A stretch of DNA of 64,000 nucleotides from Candidatus Sumerlaeaceae bacterium (lineage in GTDB: Bacteria > Sumerlaeota > Sumerlaeia > Sumerlaeales > Sumerlaeaceae): positions 192,998 through 256,997 of the forward strand of contig JBMFRB010000003.1 of the NCBI GenBank assembly GCA_049968255.1, in the 5' to 3' direction. The position numbers and the translations under genes are program-made. Every line of letters starts with the position of its first letter. Position 1 is the first letter of the stretch. Below are positions 1 through 10,247 of the stretch, one piece after another. Below the pieces are notes generated by a model. That model had not been told where the DNA came from and did no database searches. It saw nothing but the letters and a program-made list of their open reading frames with translations.

Positions 1-927
1 AATAGTGTATGCGCGAAAGACCCACGATTTGCACCTGCTCGGGAGCGCTTTGGGAGTGGCAAACCAATCTTGATTCACATCGTTTTGGAGGATCCGTGTA
101 GGCCCTATTCGTCCTCCGAATTTCATGTCCTTTTGAAGCGGTGTGCTGAAAGTCCAAGGAAGGCGACCTTCATTCGCAACGACCTTATCATATCTGACGT
201 TCACAAAAGAGCACACTCAAGTTTGCGCGAGTGTTTGGCTCTGGTGATCATTCCACAGGGATTTCTTTCAGAGCTTCTCGGCGATGCGGAGAATCCTGCA
301 CATACAGGATGGGACCATTGTCTTAGGGACAAGTCTAAGTATAACGACAAGGACAAGGTGGAACCAAAGAAATTCATTCAATTTGTTTCAGATGCTCCGA
401 AGAAGTTAGTGGAGTGTCTCGTGGAAGAGGATAAGGAGCTATCTCATCCTTTCGCAGAGTATTTTACGTACTGCCCCCAAAAAGGGGATATCGAAACTGC
501 AGATTCGGAAAGCGCCGAATACGAGGTCACGGAAGGTACCCAACCTGACGTCTCTTTGCCTGAAGCCCCCCGTGTCAATGCTCGCCCGTTGGGCGTTAAC
601 ATTTATCCCATCAAGCGTGGGGGTAGGTCAGGATTCCGCGTAAAAGGCTGTGGGACTGCGGATAATCACGGGAGGCTCCTCATTCGCGTGGCCTATCGCG
701 TCCGGGGCGGGCGTAATCCCCTAAAGGCGTATCGTCCACAGGACTTTGATCTCAAAGATTCCACCTTCCGTATCGTGGGGCAAAACTGTGAAGTCATTTG
801 GCGCGAGGAGAATCAGCTCGAAATAAAGCCAAAAGAGTCGGGCTCGGAATTCTCTTTGTACGTGCTGGGGTTTGATCCAAAGCGTGATCTGCATTGTGAA
901 GCAGTCATGATTGACGAGGAAATATAG
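1..927 (+). CDS. Hypothetical protein, 5'-truncated by the window edge (C-terminal ~308 aa visible); first visible gene of a lower-GC cassette
   Basis: The frame of ORF 70..927 is open back to base 1 (NSVCAKDPRF...). Contains the segment LLGDAENPAHTGW and a beta-rich C-terminus. No family recognised with certainty. Confidence 0.8.
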   Translation, partial: NSVCAKDPRFAPARERFGSGKPILIHIVLEDPCRPYSSSEFHVLLKRCAESPRKATFIRNDLIISDVHKRAHSSLRECLALVIIPQGFLSELLGDAENPAHTGWDHCLRDKSKYNDKDKVEPKKFIQFVSDAPKKLVECLVEEDKELSHPFAEYFTYCPQKGDIETADSESAEYEVTEGTQPDVSLPEAPRVNARPLGVNIYPIKRGGRSGFRVKGCGTADNHGRLLIRVAYRVRGGRNPLKAYRPQDFDLKDSTFRIVGQNCEVIWREENQLEIKPKESGSEFSLYVLGFDPKRDLHCEAVMIDEEI

Positions 928-937
928 GAGCTCTATC

Positions 938-1729
938 ATGGCGGGCAGGGCCAAGCTGACTAGGAATTTTAACTTTACAGAACGAGAGCGGATCAAGAGC
1001 AAGTATGTTACAGTTAGTGCGAGTCAGGAGGGGATCACTGACGAGGGACTGAGAGTCGACTTTCGCTTTAATTTGGCCAAATACAGGGGGAAACTTCCCG
1101 CTGAAGCTGTAGTCATAGCCGAAGCTTACAGGTCTGTTGCGTATGCACGAAAGCGGCTTGGGCTTCTCTGTGAGCTCGAAGATAATGTGTCCATTCCCGT
1201 GACTTTCGAGCGCTTTTTTCTCAGGCCGGAGGAGTCGCGTTTCCGCCTGAAAATCGTTGCTCCCTCTCACGCTTCCCCTGAGAGCCAGGGGTTACTGATG
1301 GCAGTCGCTGAAAACCTTCGCTTGCGTGCGACTCGTCAGCGCTCGAGTAAAAAAGACCTCCTTCCAACACAAACGATCGACGATTTGGGGGAAGTGCCTT
1401 GGAAATGCGACTTTGATGACAATCGCGGCGTTACACTCTTTCTCAACGGTCGACTGTTTGACTCGAGCAAGAAGATAAAAGATGCCGAGGGGTGGATTTT
1501 GCCGGCTGCTTTGCGCGACATCCTCACTTATATCTTACTGGACTCCGATGGTGATTCTGGGTGGGACAAGTGGCAGTCAGAGTGGATCGAGCACGTTACA
1601 CAGAGCTTTGCGGGGGGAATGTCGCCACCGTCACCTAAAGAGGGGAAAGAAGAAATAATCGACTGGATCGAACGCGCAGTGGAAGGATTGTGCAAACGCG
1701 GCCGATTTGTGACCAAACTCAAGCGATAG
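938..1729 (+). CDS. Hypothetical protein (263 aa), second gene of the cassette
   Basis: ATG at 938 is preceded by AGGAG (926-930), which overlaps the upstream stop. N-terminus RNFNFTERERI; Trp-rich helical C-terminus. Confidence 0.8.
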   Translation: MAGRAKLTRNFNFTERERIKSKYVTVSASQEGITDEGLRVDFRFNLAKYRGKLPAEAVVIAEAYRSVAYARKRLGLLCELEDNVSIPVTFERFFLRPEESRFRLKIVAPSHASPESQGLLMAVAENLRLRATRQRSSKKDLLPTQTIDDLGEVPWKCDFDDNRGVTLFLNGRLFDSSKKIKDAEGWILPAALRDILTYILLDSDGDSGWDKWQSEWIEHVTQSFAGGMSPPSPKEGKEEIIDWIERAVEGLCKRGRFVTKLKR

Positions 1730-1740
1730 TGGAGGGAACA

Positions 1741-2496
1741 ATGACCCTTGCGTATGTTTACCCTTTGAGTGATGAGGGAATTGAAAAGTTTAGGCAGCTT
1801 CTTCGCGAAGCGCGTGAAGAAAATGGCAAAACACCTTTGTCCCAATGGCTTGACGAAGCGCGGGAGATCCTGGAGGACAGCGAATGCATAGTCCGCAACG
1901 TCAGCCGACGCGTCGACCTCGATGACGAAAAAACATTTCCCACGCAATACGATTTCGCCACGTACCTACGAATGAAACTTCCGAAGGAGTTGCAGCGCAA
2001 CCCCTGGGCTAAGGAGGCAAAAGGACTCTGGGAAGCGATAGCAATCTTTTACGCCCATAACTTTGATTGCTCCAAGAAGCCTCTGTTCGCGACCGAGGAA
2101 GTGCGGTGGATTTTGGAAACACGCAACTGGCATTTGCACTATGCATTTTCTGGATTTTGCTTACTGTGTACGATTGGGGAGGAGAACTCCAGGTATCTCC
2201 TTTCCTCAAGGCTGGGTGTCTTTCCCGATGCGTATTTAGAGCTTTGCAAGCGGCAATGGGTGATTTCTTGCCCTTCTTTGGTCAGGCTTGCGATCCGCCT
2301 CTATTGGGACGCCGAGAATAACCGGTGGAAGCCCCTCATCGGGCGGGATAACCCAGGGGGAGTGAGACGGTTGTGTGAGGTCTTGGCACAGTTCGACTAT
2401 ACCTATGACCTCCACTCGCTCGAGCCAGAGACGCTTCTGGCGATGTTACCTTCGGAGTTCGATCCGTTCAAGGGGCTTTCTTACTCATCTCGCTGA
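1741..2496 (+). CDS. Hypothetical protein (251 aa), third gene of the cassette
   Basis: ATG at 1741 preceded by GGAGGG, 11 nt after the previous stop. C-terminal segment GGVRRLCEVLAQFDYTYDL...LPSEFD. Confidence 0.8.
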   Translation: MTLAYVYPLSDEGIEKFRQLLREAREENGKTPLSQWLDEAREILEDSECIVRNVSRRVDLDDEKTFPTQYDFATYLRMKLPKELQRNPWAKEAKGLWEAIAIFYAHNFDCSKKPLFATEEVRWILETRNWHLHYAFSGFCLLCTIGEENSRYLLSSRLGVFPDAYLELCKRQWVISCPSLVRLAIRLYWDAENNRWKPLIGRDNPGGVRRLCEVLAQFDYTYDLHSLEPETLLAMLPSEFDPFKGLSYSSR

Positions 2497-2602
2497 ACCA
2501 AGGTCCCCATGTGCGCGACTGTGGTGCTGATTCTGTGCTCTGTCCTCCCCTCAGCCTGGGAGGAGCGCGACGGGCGCCCCTGCCTATTGGCGAATGTTTT
2601 GC

Positions 2603-4105
2603 TCAATCCTCGAGAATGTCTTTTTCGAATTCGCCTTGGGGGGCTTGCCCTGGGGGATAATGGCCCGTGAAACAAGCGGTGCAATATTGCTGGGTGCGAG
2701 GGACCACGCGCAGGAGCCCCTCGAGGCTGAGGAAGCCCAGCGAGTCACAGCCGATGAATTTGCGTATGCTTTCAACGTCGCCGGCCGTGGCCGCAATGAG
2801 CCGTTCGCGCTTGGGCGTGTCAATGCCGAAGAAGCAGGGGTTGCGCCACGGTGGTGCACTGATGCGCACGTGAATTTCGCGCGCACCAGCGGCCCGGATG
2901 ATGTTGGCAATTTTCCGGCTGGTCGTGCCGCGCACGATCGAGTCGTCCACCACCACCACGCGTTTGCCCTCCAGCACGCTGCGCACGGCGTTGTACTTGA
3001 TGCGTGCGCCGAAATCCCGAATCGCTTGGCTTGGCTCGATAAACGTGCGTCCCACGTAATGCGAGCGAATGAGGCCCATAGCGTAGGGCATGCCTGAGCG
3101 GCGGGCATAGCCTATCGCGGCGGGAATAGAGCTGTCGGGCACCGCGATCACCACATCGGCCTCGGCGGGTTGCTCGTCGGCCAGTTGGGCGCCCAGGCGT
3201 TCGCGATATTCGTAAATGGCGTGGCCCAACGCCAGCGAATCGGGACGCGAAAAATAGATGTACTCGAAAACGCAGAAGGCACCGTCCGTGGGCGGAAATG
3301 GCCGCGACGCTCGCAGCTCGCCGTTCTTGTAAACGAGCATTTCCCCCGGTGCCAGCTCGCGCAGATATTCGGCATTCATGATATCGAGCGCGCAGGATTC
3401 GCTGGCGATGACGTAGGCGTCGCCGAGCTTGCCAAAGCACAGGGGCCGGAAACCTCGCGGATCTTTCACAGCCACAAGTTCATGGCTGTGGAGCACAAGC
3501 ATCGAGTAGGCGCCACGCAGCCGCAGGAGGCTCATGAAGAGTGCCTCCTGAAAATCCGAAGCGGCCGCCTGCGCCACGAGGTGAATAAGCACTTCGGTGT
3601 CCGTGGAGCTTTGAAAGATGGCGCCGCGTTGCTCCAGCTCCTCGCGGATGGTAGCCGCGTTCGTGATGTTGCCATTATGGGCCACGGCGATGCTTCCGCC
3701 GCGATAATTTGCTACAATGGGTTGCGCATTTTCCTCGCGGCTCGACCCCGTGGTTGAGTAGCGCACATGACCAATCGCCAACGTGCCCGGCAATTGGCGA
3801 AAGCTGTCGGCTGTGAAGACGTCGGCCACAAGCCCCGCTGCTTTGCGCACATGAAGGCGCCCTTCGTGAATCGTGGCAATTCCCGCGCTTTCCTGGCCGC
3901 GATGCTGTAGCGCGTAGAGGCCGAGATAAACGAGCTTGGCGGCCTCGGGGTGGCCACACACCGCCACGATGCCACAAGCTTCGCGTGGTTTGTCGGAAGC
4001 TAAGCCAATGATGTCCGCTCGGCCTGTCGTGACTTTTTGCGGAGTGGGCGAAAAGTTCCGCGGAGACAATTTCGTTTTCACGACAGAACAGTCTGCGGGT
4101 GACAA
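2603..4105 (-). CDS. purF: Amidophosphoribosyltransferase (start codon uncertain)
   Basis: REACGI Ntn-cysteine after a propeptide, LQHRGQESAG, GHVRYST, HNGN, PRPP loop VVVVDDSIVRGTT, Fe-S cysteines (CVFE, PCFFGID, YCTACF). Confidence 0.97.
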   Translation of the reverse strand: MSPADCSVVKTKLSPRNFSPTPQKVTTGRADIIGLASDKPREACGIVAVCGHPEAAKLVYLGLYALQHRGQESAGIATIHEGRLHVRKAAGLVADVFTADSFRQLPGTLAIGHVRYSTTGSSREENAQPIVANYRGGSIAVAHNGNITNAATIREELEQRGAIFQSSTDTEVLIHLVAQAAASDFQEALFMSLLRLRGAYSMLVLHSHELVAVKDPRGFRPLCFGKLGDAYVIASESCALDIMNAEYLRELAPGEMLVYKNGELRASRPFPPTDGAFCVFEYIYFSRPDSLALGHAIYEYRERLGAQLADEQPAEADVVIAVPDSSIPAAIGYARRSGMPYAMGLIRSHYVGRTFIEPSQAIRDFGARIKYNAVRSVLEGKRVVVVDDSIVRGTTSRKIANIIRAAGAREIHVRISAPPWRNPCFFGIDTPKRERLIAATAGDVESIRKFIGCDSLGFLSLEGLLRVVPRTQQYCTACFTGHYPPGQAPQGEFEKDILED

Positions 4106-4173
4106 AACTCACTGCGCAAGCATGAAAATCGTTCTTGCATGCGCGTTGTACAGCGACAATCCGCTAAACTACT

Positions 4174-5490
4174 ATGAAAGAAGAACAGGTTTATCTCGGG
4201 CGTGACGAAATTCCACGTCGCTGGTACAACATTCATGCGGACATGTCGACGAAGCTTGATCCGCCCTTGCATCCTGCCACGAAACAACCGGCTAAAGCCG
4301 AAGATCTCGGGGCAATTTTCCCTGAGCCGCTGATCGAACAGGAAATGTCGCTCGATCGGTGGCTCGAGATCCCCCAAGAGGTACTGGACGTGCTGGCTTT
4401 GTGGCGGCCAACGCCGCTCATTCGCGCGCGACACCTCGAGGCGGCGCTCGGCACGCCAGCGCAAATCTGGTTCAAGTACGAAGGCGTGAGCCCAGCCGGC
4501 AGCCACAAACCCAATACGGCCGTGGCCCAAGCTTACTTCAATAAGATCGCGGGCACGAAGCGCTTGGCCACGGAGACAGGCGCCGGCCAGTGGGGTTCGG
4601 CGCTGAGCTTCGCATGCTGCAAGTACGGACTTGAATGCAAAGTTTACATGGTCAAGGTGAGCTATCACCAAAAACCCTATCGGCGCTCGCTTATGCATTT
4701 GTGGGGCGCCGACGTGGTGGCCAGCCCAAGCGCCGACACCCAGGTGGGGCGTGCTATTCTGGAAAAGGATCCTGAGTGCCCCGGAAGCCTAGGCATTGCC
4801 ATCAGCGAAGCCATCGAGGACACTGTCACCCATCCTGGCACGAAGTACAGCCTTGGCAGCGTGCTCAACCATGTGTGCTTGCATCAAACGGTCATCGGCC
4901 TGGAAGCGCAGGAACAATTTCGCCGCGCGGGTGTGAAACCCGACACGCTTATCGGCTGCTGCGGCGGGGGCAGTAACTTTGCCGGTTTCGCTTTTCCGTT
5001 TGCTGGCGAAAAGCTGCGTGGAGAAGCGCAATATCAACTCATAGGAGTTGAGCCCGCGGCATGTCCCACTTTGACGCGCGGTGATTTTCGTTACGATCAT
5101 GGCGACACGGCTGGCATGACACCGCTTCTGCCTATGTATACGCTGGGCCATGACTTCATGCCGCCGGGCATTCATGCGGGTGGTTTGCGTTACCACGGCA
5201 TGGCCCCACTTGTCAGCGCACTCGTGCGCGATGGGGTAATCGAGGCGCGTTCGGTAAAACAATTAGAGACCTTCGAAGCAGCTGTGCTTTTCGCGCGAAC
5301 GGAGGGAATTGTGCCAGCACCTGAGAGTGCTCATGCAATCCGAGTCGCGATCGACGAGGCTGTGAAAGCGCGCGAGGAAAAAGTGCCGCGAGTCATCGCG
5401 TTCTGTCTTAGCGGTCACGGATTCCTGGACCTGGCGTCGTATGATGCGTACTTTGCGGGCAAGCTGCAAGATTACGTGTACACGCCCTAG
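4174..5490 (+). CDS. trpB: TrpB2-type (stand-alone tryptophan synthase beta-like) PLP enzyme
   Basis: [11 protein letters not shown]-lysine, [30 protein letters not shown]. The length and N-terminal extension match TrpB2, and there is no trpA nearby. Confidence 0.92.
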   Translation: MKEEQVYLGRDEIPRRWYNIHADMSTKLDPPLHPATKQPAKAEDLGAIFPEPLIEQEMSLDRWLEIPQEVLDVLALWRPTPLIRARHLEAALGTPAQIWFKYEGVSPAGSHKPNTAVAQAYFNKIAGTKRLATETGAGQWGSALSFACCKYGLECKVYMVKVSYHQKPYRRSLMHLWGADVVASPSADTQVGRAILEKDPECPGSLGIAISEAIEDTVTHPGTKYSLGSVLNHVCLHQTVIGLEAQEQFRRAGVKPDTLIGCCGGGSNFAGFAFPFAGEKLRGEAQYQLIGVEPAACPTLTRGDFRYDHGDTAGMTPLLPMYTLGHDFMPPGIHAGGLRYHGMAPLVSALVRDGVIEARSVKQLETFEAAVLFARTEGIVPAPESAHAIRVAIDEAVKAREEKVPRVIAFCLSGHGFLDLASYDAYFAGKLQDYVYTP

Positions 5491-5980
5491 GCCCGTGCCA
5501 GCCAGCGATGCTAAGCGTGTCGCTGGGAGAAAAAATTGGGAAACCGAAAGACTTGCGACGTTCGCACTACCGCCAAGAAAAGGCCGTAGGCAGCAGGCCA
5601 CTGTACACAGTCCGCTCACGAAGACTTCCGGCAGAACTTTGGCAAGTGAATCGTGTGGGTAGAAATTGCTCGGGCGGCTTTTCGCGGGCGTGTCTGCCTG
5701 CACACCGGGCTGCACGGAGCAGTCTGCGAGCAAAAGGCACGCCCCCCGGCGCCATGAGTGAATTAGGCCATGGTAGGCCGATTGGCCGTGAATGCGCTGG
5801 CGGCATTTGTCATCTTATTCAAGCACTGTGATGCCCGGCAAAGCCAGCGTTTGCCACCCTACGATTTTTCCGTGCCAGCAGAGCTGAGTTTTCTTCAGTG
5901 AGTTGTAGCTAATAGAACATCGACCTGATTGAGCAGCGAAACTTTTTCTCACAGATGGAAAGGCAAGGAAACAAGGAAAC

Positions 5981-6355
5981 GTGAACTCACTGATAGCAAT
6001 GGTTGGTCAGGCGTCCGGGGCGGCTCAAGCTAGGCCATCGCCTCAGGATTCGCTTTTCTCAATGATCTTAATGTTTGCGGCCATTGGCGTGATTTTCTGG
6101 TTGCTGATTCTTCGACCGCAGCGACGCGAACAGCAACGCGCTGAACAAATGCGCAACGCGATCAAAAAAGGCGACCGTGTCGTCACGATCGGCGGCATCC
6201 ATGGCGTCGTGACCTCTGTAGATCAGTCGAATAATATTGTGACGGTCCAGGTTGATAGAAACACTAAGATTGACTTTTCCAAGCAAGCGATCGCGACGGT
6301 CATTCCCAAAGAAGAGGCGCGTGCAGCAAGCGAAGAGAAGAAATCCAACGATTAG
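5981..6355 (+). CDS. yajC: Preprotein translocase subunit YajC
   Basis: Single TM then LRPQRRE and KKGDRVVTIGGIHG; lies upstream of secDF. Confidence 0.95.
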   Translation: MNSLIAMVGQASGAAQARPSPQDSLFSMILMFAAIGVIFWLLILRPQRREQQRAEQMRNAIKKGDRVVTIGGIHGVVTSVDQSNNIVTVQVDRNTKIDFSKQAIATVIPKEEARAASEEKKSND

Positions 6356-6373
6356 CAGTAAGGAAAGCGCCTT

Positions 6374-7102
6374 ATGGTAACAACAGACACACTTCAGACA
6401 AAAGCAGAGGCCACTGCCTCTCAGCAGGAACTCGATCCTCATCGGGTGACTGTAGACATGGTGCGCAACGATCCCGAAGTTCGCACCTTGATTGACTGTG
6501 CGGATCGCTATCTCGCAGCGATTGGCTACACGGACCACGGCTTTGGTCACGTGTCGCGGGTGGCGATTCGCGCTCAGAAAATCTTGCGCGAGCTCGGCAT
6601 GAGCGAACGCGAAGTGGAGCTTGCCGGCATTGCCGGTTTCCTCCACGACATTGGCAATATGATCCATCGGCAGGGACACGCGCATCACAGCGCACTCCTG
6701 AGCGTCCCCATCCTCAAGCGTATGGGAATGCCGCTGGAAGAGATCGCGATCGTGGTTGGCGCAATCGCCAATCACCACGAGGATTGCGGCGAACCGGTTT
6801 CGAACGTGAGTGCTGCACTTATTCTCGCTGACAAATCGGACGTGCTGCGGTCACGCGTACGCAATCCGAAAATGATCAGCTTTGATATCCACGATCGTGT
6901 GAATTACGCCGCGGAGCGCAGCGAGATCATCGTCGAAAAGGATCGCCATCTCATCACGCTCAAGCTAAAAATTGACACATCGCTCTGTCAGGTCATTGAT
7001 TACTTCGAGATTTTCATGACCCGAATGACGATGAGCCGTCGCGGTGCAAATTACTTGAATTGCGATTTCCGGCTCATCATCAACGATGTCCAGTTAGCTT
7101 GA
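6374..7102 (+). CDS. HD-domain metal-dependent phosphohydrolase
   Basis: GYTDHGFGH, FLHDIGN, NHHE and LADKSD metal-binding motifs. Confidence 0.88.
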   Translation: MVTTDTLQTKAEATASQQELDPHRVTVDMVRNDPEVRTLIDCADRYLAAIGYTDHGFGHVSRVAIRAQKILRELGMSEREVELAGIAGFLHDIGNMIHRQGHAHHSALLSVPILKRMGMPLEEIAIVVGAIANHHEDCGEPVSNVSAALILADKSDVLRSRVRNPKMISFDIHDRVNYAAERSEIIVEKDRHLITLKLKIDTSLCQVIDYFEIFMTRMTMSRRGANYLNCDFRLIINDVQLA

Positions 7103-7351
7103 CGCAGCCTTTGGCGATTGGGGCTTGACACGCCCCGGTGATCAAGCCATGGGCTTGCGCGAGACTCGCGCGGCAGCTCATATTCCACGGTCAAGTGGTG
7201 CGCCGAGGGTGGAGGCAAGGTTTTCCTTGTCCGATGGCGGGGAGATTTTGCGCTCGCGGAAAAGTTTTGGCTCGATGACGGGCCTCATTTCGGCTGAAAA
7301 GCGCATTCGTGCCTGCGGGCTCGAATGCGCCAGAACAAGAGATGGAGCGCA

Positions 7352-10042
7352 ATGAAAGCAGAGCTTAAAGTTCGTCTGGGGATTGTTGCCGCTGTTTTTC
7401 TCATTTCCATTTGGCTCATCTGGCCGACCATGCAGTACTTCCTCGGCGTGTCGGGGAAGATCCAGGCTACGCCTGAGCAACTCGATGCATTGCGGCGCAA
7501 AAGTATTCCGCTTGGCCTGGACTTGCAAGGCGGCGTGGACGTCTTGCTGGAAGTAGACGAAGCCAAGCTCAAGGCCACAAAGATCCAGCGTTATGCCGAC
7601 GAACTGGCCAACGCCTTCAAGCAGGACAGCCCTCCGATTGATGCCACAGTCGAAGCTGTGCCCGACAAGGAAGCCGTCCGGGTCACTGTGAACAAGCCCG
7701 AGCACACACGGCCCGCCGCAGCTATTCTCAAGCGGTTCGAGCAGCAGCAGATTCTCCCGAAATTTGATGAGGCCAGTCTGCAAGTCGGCAAGCCGGTCGA
7801 GCTCCCGATCAACCGTGAGCTACTCAAGCAGGACATCGAGAAAACCGTCGACAGCGCGCTCAAGGTCATCCGAGACCGCGTGGACAAGCTTGGCGTTACG
7901 CAGCCCGTTGTTGTGAAGCAGGGGGCCAACCGTATCCGCGTACAGCTGCCGGGCGAAAAGGATCCCGAGATGGTCGTCAAGACTGTCATCCGGCCTGCCC
8001 AGCTTGAGTTCCGCGCTGTGCGTGCGGCTCAGCAGCCTGTCATGGATGCGGACGGACGCGAGCGCTACCCAGACGACAGTGCTTCTTTCATTGATATCAA
8101 CACAGGCAAGGTGCTCGAAGGAAAACAGATCCCGCCGGGCTATGAGGTGCGCCCAATGAAGCTCCAGAAGCGCGATCCTGCTACCGGCGAGCTGGCCACG
8201 GAAACGCGTTACATCCTGGTCAAGCAAAAGATCGAGATGACGGGTGAGAGCCTTGCCGATTCCTGGGTGAGCCTCGATCCGACGAAATTCAATCAGCCGA
8301 TCGTGCACCTCGAATTCAAGCCCGAGGGGGCAAAGAAATTTGAGCAGGTGACACGCCAATATGAACACAAACCCCTGGCCGTGCTGCTCGACGGTGTTGT
8401 CTACACAGCGCCCAACATCAATCAGGTCATCAGCGAAGGAAGCTGCATTATCGAGGGCGCATTCAGCCTCGAGGAAGCTCACAACCTGAGCCTCATTCTC
8501 AAGGCTGGTGCCCTGCCGGCCGAGCTCCTCACCAAGGAAAAGCGAATCGTCGAGGCCACTCTCGGCGCCGATTCGATCCGCGCCAGCGTTTATGCCCTCC
8601 TTGTGGGAAGCGTGCTCGTGGCAGCCTACATGGTTGTTTATTACGGGACAGCGGGGCTCATTGCCGACATTGCACTGCTCATCAACGTCCTGATCATTTT
8701 TGCCTTCATGAAATTGGCTAATGCCACACTTACTCTCTCGGGAATCGGCGGTATCTTGCTCACCGTCGGTATGGCGGTTGACGCAAATATTTTGATCTAC
8801 GAACGCATTCGCGAAGAGCTAGCTACGGGCAAAACACTCAAGCAGGCGATTTATTTGGGCTTTGGGCGCGCTTTTTCGGTTATCTTTGACGCGAATCTCA
8901 CGACATTGATTTCTGGCCTAACGCTGTTGCAGTTCGGTACCCAATCGGTCAAAGGATTTGCGCTCTCGCTCAACATCGGTATTCTCGCCACGCTCTTCAC
9001 GGGCTTATTTTGTACGCACGCCCTCATCGACGGCTACCTCGCTTGGCGTAAAACCATGTCCTTCGGAAAATTCCAGTGGTTCAAGCCGGGCGTCCTTATC
9101 GATTTTCTCGGCCTGCGCAAGTACTCCTACGTCTGGTCTGGGGGGCTTTTCCTCGCCTCGCTGCTTTATGTCATGCCGTTCGCGCCATTCCCCGGCTCGA
9201 ACTGGGGCGTAGATTTCGAGGGCGGGCTCTTGACCGATGTTCAGCTGTCGAAGTCCCTAGAGGTGCAGCAACTGCAGGCTGCCTATGGTGACTGGCGCAT
9301 TCAGAAAGTGGCCGGTGAGAACATGTACCTCATCCGCATGAAGTTCGTCTCCAACGATGCGGATCAGATTGCCAAAACGCAGCAGGAAGTTCAGAAACGC
9401 TTGGACAAAGTGGTCGGCCCTGGCAACTACAAGATTCTCGGCTCAGAGTCTGTAAGCAACGAAGTGGGAGGCGAGTTCACGCGCACCGCCATCATTGCGT
9501 GCGTCATCGCCTCGATCGGAATTCTCATCTACATGTGGTTCCGCTTCGAGCTCCTGTTCGGTCTCGCCGCTGTCGTCGCCCTTTTCCACGATCTCATCAT
9601 CACCTATGGGGTGTTCAACATGTTGGGTGATATCAGCTGGGCCGGCGAGGTGACCCTAGATGTGGTTTCTGCTCTGCTTGTCATTCTCGGTTATTCAGTG
9701 AACGACACGATCATTATCTTTGACCGTGTGCGCGAGAACATGAAGCTGCATCCCGCTATGCCGCTGCGCGACCTCATCAACCGCAGCATCTGCGAATCGT
9801 TGAATCGGACAGCGAACACGGTAGGCACAGTGATCATGGTGCTCGTGATCATGCTGCTGCTTGGCGGCAAGGGGCTCCATGATTTTGCTCTTGTGCTTCT
9901 CATTGGCATCATCAAAGGCACCTACTCATCAAGCTTCGTGGCCAGTCCGCTGCTTTATGATCTTTCGAACTATGCAAAGCGGCGGGCGGCAAAGAAGCCC
10001 GGTGCCCAGCATCTGAGGCCGATGCTCAAGGAGAATGCGTAA
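7352..10042 (+). CDS. secDF: Fused protein translocase subunit SecDF
   Basis: LGLDLQGG, GMAVDANILIYERIREE, GVDFEGG, GYSVNDTIIIFDRVRE. ATG 7352 follows GGAG. Confidence 0.96.
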   Translation: MKAELKVRLGIVAAVFLISIWLIWPTMQYFLGVSGKIQATPEQLDALRRKSIPLGLDLQGGVDVLLEVDEAKLKATKIQRYADELANAFKQDSPPIDATVEAVPDKEAVRVTVNKPEHTRPAAAILKRFEQQQILPKFDEASLQVGKPVELPINRELLKQDIEKTVDSALKVIRDRVDKLGVTQPVVVKQGANRIRVQLPGEKDPEMVVKTVIRPAQLEFRAVRAAQQPVMDADGRERYPDDSASFIDINTGKVLEGKQIPPGYEVRPMKLQKRDPATGELATETRYILVKQKIEMTGESLADSWVSLDPTKFNQPIVHLEFKPEGAKKFEQVTRQYEHKPLAVLLDGVVYTAPNINQVISEGSCIIEGAFSLEEAHNLSLILKAGALPAELLTKEKRIVEATLGADSIRASVYALLVGSVLVAAYMVVYYGTAGLIADIALLINVLIIFAFMKLANATLTLSGIGGILLTVGMAVDANILIYERIREELATGKTLKQAIYLGFGRAFSVIFDANLTTLISGLTLLQFGTQSVKGFALSLNIGILATLFTGLFCTHALIDGYLAWRKTMSFGKFQWFKPGVLIDFLGLRKYSYVWSGGLFLASLLYVMPFAPFPGSNWGVDFEGGLLTDVQLSKSLEVQQLQAAYGDWRIQKVAGENMYLIRMKFVSNDADQIAKTQQEVQKRLDKVVGPGNYKILGSESVSNEVGGEFTRTAIIACVIASIGILIYMWFRFELLFGLAAVVALFHDLIITYGVFNMLGDISWAGEVTLDVVSALLVILGYSVNDTIIIFDRVRENMKLHPAMPLRDLINRSICESLNRTANTVGTVIMVLVIMLLLGGKGLHDFALVLLIGIIKGTYSSSFVASPLLYDLSNYAKRRAAKKPGAQHLRPMLKENA

Positions 10043-10247
10043 GCTCTCTTGGCATCGGGGTAACGTGAGGAATGGTCTCGCGGATGTCATGGAATTAGCG
10101 TTTGAGAAGTTGTTGGCGTTCGCTGATGGGCAAGCCCGAAGCTAACACAACGGTAGCCCAGGCGATTGCACCTCGGCGATGGTGTGTGGGGTGGAGAGCT
10201 TATTCGACGCGGACGAAAAAGATGATGACGCACGAAGGAGAACAAGC

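Noticed and set aside
2543-2564. TCCTCCC/GGGAGGA hairpin as an island attachment site or terminator
   Set aside because: No U-tract on either strand, and no tRNA, integrase or matching direct repeat within the window.
5508-5831. Short ORFs in the trpB2-yajC spacer
   Set aside because: No RBS or recognisable motif; no riboswitch or tRNA pattern recognised.
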